From Acanthaster planci (lineage: Eukaryota), in NCBI RefSeq assembly GCF_001949145.1, contig NW_019091359.1, positions 3,571,814 through 3,591,813 of the forward strand: DNA of 20,000 nucleotides, given 5' to 3'. How positions within the stretch are numbered: the stretch's first letter is position 1; each line of letters begins with the position of its first letter. The translations under genes were made by a program, and so were the position numbers. The notes under the pieces were generated by a model. It was not told the origin of the DNA and did no database searches. It saw nothing but the letters and a program-made list of their open reading frames with translations. Of the stretch, positions 1 through 11,200 are shown piece by piece.

Positions 1-249
1 GACTGGGATCATGAAATTTCTGCCAAAGGTATACCATTTCTTTCAGGATTGATACTACCGGTATTCGACAACACAGAATTGTTAGTTGCAGACATTTCTT
101 GTTCACCACTTTCATGGCTACAGGTGCTGTACAGTACCCTGACGTTGTAGTTGACGAATCCAACACAGCACAGGTTCATGTACAAACATGTACATGATTA
201 TGTTCATCCTAAATGTACATACACATTATGTTCGTGTTAACTCACGGCA

Positions 250-450
250 GCAGTGTAGCCAGGATTCGGGGGGGGGCAAGCCGGGCCGGCTTCACGCTAA
301 GGGGGGGGGCTGACTGGCGGCTGATTTGGATTTTGCAATTTGTATTGGCCTAACCAATAATGGCGTCCAAAATGCAAGGGGGGGCAACTGGGGAAGACAA
401 TTTTTCATGGGAGGGTCCTTGGGGGCGTGTCCCCCCACCCTTAGCCGTAC
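250..450. mobile_element. GC-rich MITE-like non-autonomous DNA transposon remnant
   Basis: GC-rich island in AT-rich DNA starting GCAGTGTAGCCAGG with poly-G runs; imperfect inverted repeat GCTAAGGGGGGGGGC (296-310) / CCCCCCACCCTTAGC (431-445). No clear TSD seen. Confidence 0.4.
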
Positions 451-984
451 GGTATTTAAAAGCCTGCCGTTACAAGAGCATGGTACAAAGTTATCTTCAT
501 ATTTATCAAACCTTCGGCAAAGCAATAGCTCTGCACTGGGAGAATATGGCATTATTTCTGCATAAAATAACAATAAATGATACGTGACGGATTTGGCCTT
601 CATAAAATGTCCTTATTCACACGGTTTGGGGCGAAAATTTTGGCTAACTTCAAACTCATTTGCAGAATCTTTACACGATGCATCCCATTTTTTGGCTTGC
701 AATCATTCAGACACTCTTTGTCTTTCAGTAAATCTGCCCTTTATAACCAGGAAAAAAAAAGAAAATTTTCAAATTTAGAAGCACCCAATTTCTTGAAGTG
801 GGAAAAATTGGGGGCTGGTTTAAAAATATGTTTCTAGTACATTTTCTGATGCAGGGCACAAAATCAATGCCACTGAAACATAATATACTTCATGAGTTTT
901 GGATTTAACATTAAATATTTCATTGGTTTTGCTCAATTTCATAAAAATTCATTGCCAAATTTTTAGATCCCTTTAGGATCAAAG

Positions 985-1210
985 CACGCGAAATTAGAAA
1001 CCGCCTGTTGCTATGGTGTTAATAAGCACAGGTCTTGCGCACGAGTACATTGGTAATAAACATCAGGAACAAACGGAGCTTTGAATGTGGGCGGTCCAAA
1101 CAGCGTCCCTTTGGGTGATTGGTTATTTCATTTGCACTTAAAAATCCTAAAGGTGGTTTTATGCATTGAAAAAATGCAAAGGTTCTCTGCGCAGCAGTCG
1201 TTCAGGTAAT
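985..1210 (+). promoter_or_regulatory. Putative HAL promoter and 5' non-coding exon ending at donor CAG|GTAATG (1205/1206), splicing to the acceptor at 1928
   Basis: CGCGAAA (987-993, E2F-like), GTTGCTATGG (1007-1016, RFX half-site-like), GC box GGGCGG (1089-1094), reverse CCAAT (ATTGG 1118-1122). Coding exon 1 has an acceptor 39 nt before its ATG, which suggests an upstream UTR exon. Confidence 0.4.
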
Positions 1211-1967
1211 GGTGACAGATTAATGTTTCAACGGTGATCTCATGAAGTTGCTCTTACCATCGTTCTTTTGAACATTCATCATGTGCATACTGTATCACGC
1301 CCACAAAACCATAACGAACATTGTGTTAGCGTTCAGTCGGGTACAGTTCTTCGATGTGAGCGATTCACACCACATATTGTGACACTCCGCTGTGCCAGGT
1401 ATCGATTACAGTTGCTTTCGCGCGCGATAGATCTTTACGGACACATCACACAATCCTCATGCTTTCAGTACACGTCTGCTCGTTAATTTGCTTTGTTCAG
1501 TTCTTCAATACAGCTTCTATATTACTCAAAGATCACATTTTCATATGATTTTAAGTTATTATGTGAAGGACACACAGAGAAAATCTGAAATTCCCACCAT
1601 TTGGGGCATTTTTTCTACTCTTGTATTTAGAAGAAGCGCTTTCAAAGTAGTGATTGCCAACGTTTTTGCTCCATTTCTCTTCAGTCTGACATTCTTTATT
1701 CTTTTTAAATCATTAAACTGAGGAATAGGCCTACACGTCGACATTAATAAACCACTGAATAAGAACGCCAACCACTTATATTTTATTTATTATTGTCAAT
1801 AAGCTAAATTTTGCTCAGCCATCCTGGTCTGACTGTACTTAAATTAAGTCACGGGTATTTGATTTTACAATTCAACGAATCGGTGATAAAAGATGCGCAG
1901 TGTCCTTAATTCTGTTATTCAATTTTAGGACTGAAAAATTCCCAGTGATACATTGACGACTTGCAAG

Positions 1968-2202
1968 ATGAGGGTGAACGTGCGAGTCCGTAATGAATGG
2001 CTGCTTGTGCCAGCAAAATCATCCAAACTTACGGTAGATTGGTTAGGGAAGCAAGCCTTGGCCCGTTATCGTACCCTCAAGGATTACGACCAAGAAGAGC
2101 AAGATAGCGTGTTGGAGATACGAAAATCGCCAGGAGGGAGTTTGCTGTTTCCAGATGACCACATCGAGGATGTTGTGGAAAACGATGGATTCGTCTACAC
2201 CG
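1968..2202 (+). CDS. HAL: HAL coding exon 1: Par3/HAL N-terminal (PB1/ubiquitin-like) domain, [34 protein letters not shown]...
   Basis: ATG at 1968 (context AAGATGA), upstream acceptor ttttag ending 1928, donor G|GTAAGT at 2203. The sequence resembles the N-terminus of vertebrate HAL (V.VRGEWL.VP....LTV.WLG.EA..RY). Confidence 0.93.
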
Positions 2203-5200
2203 GTAAGTGACAAGAGTAATGATACTCTTTGGTTAGGTCCAGGCCTTCAGTGCATACAGTACATATCTTGGGCGGTCTTACGTCTCAAATATAGCTTCAG
2301 CTTACCATTATCCAAGTGCTGGGTCCCCTTCAATTGCAAGCCGATGTAGACGCAATGCGTTTCAAAGGGGGAAGCATTTGGCCGCACCCTCGTCTCGAGG
2401 CATGTGCCCCACATGGCCCCTTCTCGGTATTAGAGGAGAAAATCTGCATGGTGATAGTCTCCCTTAATGAAAGTTTCAAACAAATGCCCCTCTAGAAAAT
2501 GGGGCACCAAGTGCCCTAAATACACCACGCATGTTTTCCATACAATTAGTTTAACTTTAAACATCGGCGTTTTGGTTCGGTTATTGCATTGTGGCATGGT
2601 TAAAAGGGGAGGGAAACTTGTAAACCTCTGATAATGTCCCCAAAAGTAGTTCGTATGAACGCTTACGACAAATTTACACGAATGTCTGGCCAATTGTGCC
2701 ATTTACGTTTGATAAAAATTGTAAATTTAGCAGCGTTGAATGAACGTGTTTTATTTTCAGAACATTACCACGTAGTGAACAAATGAAATATCAACAAGTA
2801 ATTATTAAAGTGAAGGACTTTAATGATCGCATTTTTCTAAGGTACCGATGTTGAAGTATTTCAATTTTAATGACCACTTATATTTAGGGCATCTCACTTT
2901 GACAACTAGAAATTGGCTATTTAACAACAGTTCACTGCTTTGATGCGGAATGTGTCGTTTTTATAACCCGCAGGGTGCATAGGCTGAATCGGGGGTTGGG
3001 GGGTTGGAGCACTTTCGATGATGACTTACATGTATATTTGGTCATGCTCTGAAAAGATTAGTCGGTCATCGTGCACCAAAAGTTTGTCAAGTCGAGAAAA
3101 ATGTTATTCTTTTGAGAATTAACTATTTGTTTTACATCTAAAAGACTAATCGGATGTCCTTTGACTAATCAGTTTTTTAAAGTAATTATCTAATTGCTTA
3201 AAAAGACAGATTCAAGTTTTGTTCATTTTGCTGTGTAACAGTAATAAGTACCGATAAGATTTCCTTATCAAGTTTGTCACTACAGTTTTGAAAGATGGAT
3301 TAAAATGCACATGAGAAATTTAATGATTAATCAGTTGCAAGAATCAGTTGCAAGAGTGCGGTGCCACCGTAGTTATTGCGTCTAATCGGATTTGTCTATA
3401 GCTTACTATAAATGTGTAGAGAAAAAAACAAAACACGCGAAATCCCAGCTGCATTTCACGATGCACATCTGTTCAATATATATATACTGTCGAGTTTCAT
3501 TCACAGACTAGCCTAACGTGTCATGAACGTTATGGTAGCGTAGACTTGTTGGTCTGCCCGTATCACTTCACCGCTCTACGCTCGGATGTCAGTTGGCCGG
3601 GACAGGTACGGTGGCGACTTGGTCAGATATAGGGATGAGATACATCGCAGCGCTACTAAATTTGACCTTTTTATTTCTAGAGTGGGCCAAGCCCAATACA
3701 AACTTCTTCCAAAATATCGAACTTCGAAATCAGTAGGTTCCCAAAATGTAGGCCTTATTAATGCTCCACCTTGTACTCATAAATATTCATTGTATTTGAA
3801 TGAAAATCGGATGTTTCAATTGCCATGGTATGTACAGTGTATATAATAGCCGTTCTTAATTCCTGAAATCTGTGTTCTCAAAACGTATAGAACTTGTTAA
3901 AGTGAAACACACAATTCCACGTATTTTGTGACAGTTTTGGTTATCACGTGTTGAATTATAAATACAGCACTTTGTTGGGCACTGTTAGTTGACTTTACAC
4001 ATATTAATTACTTGTAATTGTCCATTCACCAGTTTGGTGAAGTTGTGAATTGTTGGCAATTATGTTAATAAAATTGAATTGCAGAGAATGTACAACAAAC
4101 CGTGAATTACTGACGTCGCAGATTAATTATTAGTGTCACAATAATAATGTAAAGACTGATTAATTTTACTGAATTACAAATTCATTTGGGGGACTAAATT
4201 CAAGGGATAATTAGATTTCATGCATTACTAATCGCCAAAAAATAGTCAAATTAAACCTTTTTTGAAGACCAATGATAATTAGTCATCACACCAGCGTAAA
4301 GACTAATCGTCTAACTTTGTGACTAATTAAATATTGGTCAGATTATACCACGAAAAGACCTATTTTTTGTCAAGTGACCATGTAATATTTACTGTGTGTT
4401 GCTATTGGTTGGTGTGCTTTTCATACCTAAAAATTGTTCAACACAAGTAAAATGAATAATAATTTCGTTTTATAAAAAGGAATAATTATGTTAAATCTCA
4501 TGATACGATCAGGGCTGTCCGTATTACAAGGTGAATAAGCGTCCGATCACTAGTACTGCTATGCCTACCCGGCCAACGCACTTTGCTGGCCCGTTACAAA
4601 CAAGAGCACTAAGACCTCAAGTATGAAATTCATAAAAAGGGACAAAACACGCACAGAAATCGTGGCTCAGACTTCGTTTTGTGAATCAACTCACGTAAAC
4701 ATTTGTTAAAGATTTCGACTGTTTACATTTTTTTTGACGTTGTTGGCGAGATCTTCATTTTGCCGCTCGGAAGTTTCCATTTCTCTCACAGGGCCGATTA
4801 CCTGCGTATTACAGGTATGGCGCGGCAGGTAGCGATTTAAAAAAAAAACACAACATACTGTGGAACGATATGAATAAAGGGTTATCTTAACTTTGGAGGA
4901 TTTTCTTCAAGGGGAACTAAAATTCGCCATGTAGCGTGTGCTTTGATAAATGAGTACTTACTCTCTATTCAGTCTGATGTATGTTTACCTTTCAGTCGTG
5001 TAAAAAGTCACAGGCTACACATTAAAAAATTAAAAAACGCTAGGCTTCCGAAAGTTTGACTCCTTGTGGTTCATAAAAGATCATGGCAGATCTTATGAAG
5101 TTGATATTTGCAAAGTAATGACATCATTCACCTTTTGTAGGCTTGCTTAAGTATTTTACATATGGTAAGATAACTGGCATCATCCTAATATGCACAAAAA

Positions 5201-8200
5201 GCACGGCGGCCATTTGTAAGGCCAAACCATTACCTTACCTTTGCTGATTTACAGCTTACAGTATCCCCAGTATAGGCAGCTTGCAGGTACACGCTACCAG
5301 CCATTATGTTCACGAACACGACACAACACAACATGATGAAGGGATTTTCGGTTACCCTTCATAAATAACTCGAGAAAATGGACTGGAAAACGCTTTTCAT
5401 TGAAAAAATATTCCTAACTAGAGAGAAGCGTTTGTGCACTAAACGAACACTGGGTGATTGGATGAAAAATGCTATTGTGATAAGTGTGATTGTAATAAAC
5501 GAGGATATTGAAGTTGAAAATTCTGTTTATTGTTGGAATAATGTGAGAGGAAAGCAAGTCATTGACACGTTTAGTGACCACAAAGGAAGTCTGTGGAAAC
5601 TTGCATTGATGTACAGGTGTATTTCGATGCATTTTCCAACTCGCATGTTTCTACTGCTTCAGCGTTCATTGAGCGGGAGATCGCCTTTGCTATTTAGCAC
5701 AAATTAAGTCAGACCATTGTGGAGAAAATGCCACCAATTTTCAGGAAAGAAAGTTGCCCTTGAAAATCCATTCAAAAATTCAGATCGATGCTGTTCATCA
5801 AAGTGTATATTGTTTGACTATTTTTGTCTTAAGAACTTTAAAAAAGTAGAGTACAGATTTAACGAAAATATCAAAGGAATTTGTACCGTGCCTGTTTAGA
5901 GAGGTAGATTGGCCTTTCTTTCCTATAATGACTGGAAAAGTTTTTGAAATTCCACGATTATTCGGTTATGATTTCTTACCCCCCCCACTGGAAACGGAAA
6001 TCAGAGAGTCTGAAATAATAGTCCCGTCTTTTCATCTTCTTTAGGGTAGTTTTTTCTCCACTTCGTCCTGTACTTTTGTTGAGGAGGTATAATTCCTTCT
6101 TTAACTGAATTGGACAGACGCTGCGCACAAAACGCTGCCAAAATAAAGAAGCGGTATCCTTCTTTACAAAAACAAAAAGGGGCATTTAAATTTTGGAATT
6201 GGATACTGTATTTTGGATGTATTTTCTTCGTTTTGAGTCAATTTTTCTGAGAAAGCGCCCTCAGGGTGATGCTAAAGGATGTGTTTCACTAAATGGGTAG
6301 ATTTCTACTCGCGAGCTTACTAGTTTTTGTGATCTACATGGTGCCATCATCGGGAGTGATCGAAGAGATATTTTCATAAATCACGAATTTATTTCAAACA
6401 AAAAACATCCAATGGGCCCATTTTGCATAGAGGTGGGCGGCTACATTGAGAGCTGAGAGCATAGTTTCACTTCTATTTTGGGCCCAGTTTTTTCGGCGAA
6501 GGGCGAATTTAAAAAAATTCACTTGGCCAAACCCTTGAAATTTGAAAAGACAAGTGAACTTCTGGCCTAATCTGAATTTCCAAAAAAAGCTGGAGGCCAA
6601 CCTCTCCCTTAGAGTCAACAGATGGCGCTGTTTCTGTCCGAATTTGAACTGTTTTCTTTGGCCGCGTATAATTACAGTGTGTAGTGCGACCGCAAATGAC
6701 GTGAACCAGATTATGTGAACCCGGCAGTGCAACAGCGCCCTCTAATATTTGTCAGGAACATCATGGAAAATGTAAATGTTTTAAAATTTACTTCTTGATA
6801 AGAATAACCAAAAAGATTTCCCCTAAATCTCCAGCTGCTGTTTATGATGCCAGCACATTGGTTGAACAATGATCACCGAGTAATGGTAAAATCATAAATT
6901 TATAAAACCACTCTGCATAAGTGCCTTGGAATATTCATGCATTGCCAATTTTCAGTTGACTGATATCCATCCCTTTGACATTTTCCCCTCTAGTTCTTAA
7001 GAGTGAAGAGACGACTGATGGCGTGGTCTCCTCATCCACTATGCTTCAAGATGTGTATCCTTTTCCCTTAAATCTTAAGAATAAATGTGGATTTTCAGTA
7101 TGGATATCTTGTAAACATTTAGATGTTTTGCGTCCGTTTTGTCGCAAGTTTTCTTCTTATACACAATTATTAATAAAAACGTTAAACTCTAAATTTGACA
7201 GGTTTTGAGTAATTCCGAATGTTGTATTTTTTGGTGGTTTGTAATGCGGATTTTGTTGAAACAACTTATAGGATGAATTTTGCAATATTTTGTTCCCACG
7301 ATGTACTTTTTTATTTGTAGCTTTCCGAGCTTAAAGGGAACCTTTATATGTCGTTGTTTGATTTGTGTCAATAAATTTGGGAAAAAGAACAATGAGAAGT
7401 GGAAAATGAAGCAGGGATTTACTCATTCCTAATTGTAGTTGAATCTAACAGCAATTTAGATGACTCGTTTGAACGGGGTAAGTCATTCGAACGAGATGGG
7501 TCAATCGAAATAATAATAACGAAATAATAAGTGGTATACATGTGTAACAAAATAGTGAGTCGTTTTAAAGAATGACAAGTATTTTACAAAAACAGAAATA
7601 CGCTTCCGTAAAGTATGGAACCATTCCACTGACTTTTGTACATGTTTTATATTTTTTAATGTGAGAAAAAAATATAAAAGTTGTTTCAACGTTCCAAGTG
7701 ATCCTAACCCGCTTTTGAAAATTCACATTTGTGTAAGCAACCGTTCACATGGATCGAGGCTATAGTAGAAGTATGTAGTGTCCATCAACGAATAGCGTTC
7801 AGTCATTTTTTTTCCTCGTGAAATACTTACGAAAATACCTTCATCTGCCTTCAAGAGGGAATTCCGAACAATCTGAACATTCATTGTACAAATTTAAGCT
7901 CATTCACACTCACCGGTTGTTCAGTGTTTCAGGTTTTTACGAACACGGTCTTCGCTAATCTCCTCATCGTACCCGGCGTTCTCTCCAAAACTTTAAAAAT
8001 AACAGTCAGTGACAAAGCCTTCAGAGTGGCAGGATTGCATCTCTGGAAAACACTTCTAGTAGCTTTGAGGGGGCGGAGTACGAGTGTATTTTTAGGCTTT
8101 CCATGAAGACCCTCGTTTTCCTAGACTTCATGCACAAAAATTGAATGTTTGTTTTTTTTTCTGAATATTTTTGTTGTTTATTTAACACGTTTGTGTTGGC

Positions 8201-11200
8201 CTATTGTGCTTGTTTTTATGTTTTTCTGGTAATGAGGTTTAGAGCTGTGAGTTTGGTGTAGCACGGTACCTACTTTGTATTATCATTACATGGACCTAAT
8301 TTGGGAGAGAGTACAGAATGCAAAATTTGTACGACAAGCCTAGTAGACTCCCAGAAGTCATATTTTATGTAATTTCCACAGAGTAAAGTTTAACGTTTCC
8401 TCCTTGACTACAGTTTCATTTTATACAAATCACAGAGACGCAACGTACAAGTCGCCGTCAGAGGTACATTAATTTTGTTACCCTAGATTTATTACGTATT
8501 AATGATTATCCACGTCAATATTTTGTACAGTGCGCACGAAAGTTAATAAATTCTAGCACTTTGTAGATCCTCATTAGTGTCATTGTTATCATTTAACAAT
8601 TTTGTGAGTAATCTGGATACTGCAATTTTTAATAAACATCGTCATTCAGGTTTAGCCCAGTTGCGGTAAAATAATTTCTGCCCACTTTGACCTACATATC
8701 AAGCTTAAGTTAATACGGAAGTGGAGTGTCTGAAAAACAAAACCACGATGCAAGATGTGTTCTTAACTCGGTAAAAGTTTACATACATGTTTAATTCACA
8801 TTTCTGGCTCTATCTCTCTTAATATATGAATTGTCTTTGCTGATTCGCAGTACCTGAGTCTCGATGGATACAGCCTGTCCACTGATGATATGATTAAGCT
8901 TGGTGAAGGCAAATATAACATCAAGGTGGGGACATGTGTTCACCATAAATTTAATATCAGCTTGACAGTCTGTGATATGATGGACCGTTAAAACAATGGT
9001 AGATGCACATTACCATATGATTGTATATTTAAACGGAAGTTTTCATAGCAGCATTAAACCACATAAAACATTCATCACGTAGAGGATAATTAACACGACA
9101 ATATAAAATCTGTTACTGTATAAAATAGATTTGGAACGTAAAGAATGTATTATTTTCTTAAATTTTATAAACGTTATTCACCACTCATTTGGGTAAAATA
9201 TTTATTTAATTTAAATTAATTTAAACCATTATTGAACCTGACAGTATTATAAAATGACACACCTTTTTTTCTCAGTTGACGGACGAAGCATGGGAGAAAG
9301 TCACAGCGGCAAGGAATCTACTGGAAAAGATTGTGGAAGAAAACAGAGGTCAGTTTTTACTTTATTTCATGAAGACTCTGTATTCTTTAATCAGTTGATG
9401 ATACAATTTGTGATAGGAAACTCGAATCTGTAATGTGTACATAGCATCATCGATTCAGCATATTTTGTTTATTGGAGTCAATTCTGGTCATAAACGATTC
9501 AACAGTTCAGTGCATGATACCATGCAAAATATTTAAGTGAATTTATAATCAACAAATATATGAAAAAGGATAGCATTTGAACACGTTTGGATTGTCTCAC
9601 AGGTGTTACTTTAAGCATCCTTCGAATCATATTTTTGTTTCAACCGCAAAATAAAGCGAAGAATGGCTTCGCCATTTTTGTAAATAACATTTGAATATTC
9701 TGATTTTCTTGTAGTGGTGTACGGTGTGACAACAGGCTTTGGAAAGTTCTCTACTGTGGTTGTCCCTCCTGAAAAACTCAAGTAGGTGTGCTAAAATGGA
9801 AAAAGTAGGATAATGGTTCTGTGGGGTTTCTTAAGACTAATACGAGCCGTTTCGGTTTTTCGTTTAATAATCATAATGCCCCACTGATGAATTTGTACAC
9901 TGGTTGTTTGAAAATGCATTGAATAGCAGTGATAAACTGAAATTGAACGTAAGTACATTTACTTTGAGCAATATTACAGAGGTTAATAGGTGTCTGTTGC
10001 TTTTAATCTGTTAATTACATTACCAGTTATTCAATGCGTTGAACACAAATCAACAATACTGGCAACAGTACAAACTTCATGGTTAAATTTGAGAAACGAA
10101 ATATGCTCACAATGCTCACAATCTCGCTAAATGTATTTTCTTTCTGACAGTGAGATGCAGGAGAACCTGATCCGCTCTCATGCCGCTGGGGTGGGTGAAC
10201 CGCTCACCCCTGAACGTACTCGACGCTTGCTGGCCTTACGCATCAATGTGATTGCAAAGGGGCATAGTGGGCTATCTCCTAAGAACCTTAGAAGCATGAT
10301 CGATGCCTTCAATTGTAAGATTTGTTCTTTATACCATCTCCTCATTATTAACCCCTAGTCCAAATTAATTTAAAATCCTTTCAATAAAATCTACACAAAC
10401 GTTATGCACGTGAACATAATCACGGGTACAGTTCTGGACTACCCATTTATGCAAGATCATTTTAAAAGTAACTCCTGCGGCACACCAAGGGGGGTGGGGC
10501 CTCTATTGTTCAAAGTTCTGCTTCTTTTTAAGGCTAATTTTTTCTTCTTTTTCAGCGTCCTGCTTGCCCTTAGTTCCAGAGAAGGGTACCGTTGGCGCAA
10601 GTGGTGATTTGGCTCCCTTGAGTCATCTTGCCCTGGGGATGATGGGAGAAGGCAAGATGTGGAGTCCTCGTACAGGATGGGGTGATGCTAAAACGGTGAG
10701 GTCTTCAACCTAATTCAGGTTTTTTCTAGCTTTTAGAAAGTGATTAGCCCCAGTTGTATGTCTTACTGCTTGAGGCACGCACTCAACGTTTGTGACCTTT
10801 TTAACTTGCCCAAGCCGAACAGCATTGTTAAACTGTACCGTTTTCAGATTAATTTTTTCAAATGTCAGTAGTTTTTCGCAGTTCGCAAATATTGTCCACA
10901 AACTCCAAATCACTAAAAATATTCAGTGCTTATAAGGTAATGCAAGGAGACTTGCTCCCTTCTTCAATTAAGCCTCAATCCAAATAAAGCTGGTGGTATA
11001 TAATATGACATCTAGATGTTTTCATTTTGTGTTTCTCTCAAACAGATCCTGAAGATGCATGGAGTAGAACCGATTGTACTTGGCCCGAAGGAGGTACACG
11101 TAGAAATCTTTCCTTAGATTTGATGTTAATCATCTGATTCTTGCCAGGCCCTGTAGTTGACGCTTGTCTGCCAAACCCTGTCGCACCTAATTTTTGATCG

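Noticed and set aside
9..179. Minus-strand 56-aa ORF (MNLCCVGF...GIPLAEIS*) and an overlapping frame open to the window edge
   Set aside because: No recognisable homology or strong splice signals; cannot be distinguished from chance at the window edge
292..837. Overlapping 64-103 aa ORFs on both strands
   Set aside because: Arise from the GC-rich MITE-like remnant and adjacent non-coding DNA; no protein motifs
6154..6162. Another U12-like donor GTATCCTTC in intron 1
   Set aside because: No recognisable HAL-like in-frame exon upstream, and exon 1 already joins exon 2 in phase; likely a chance match
7464..7495. 10-bp hairpin CTCGTTTGAA / TTCGAACGAG in intron 2
   Set aside because: Short, includes a G-U pair, and has no snoRNA or miRNA hallmarks
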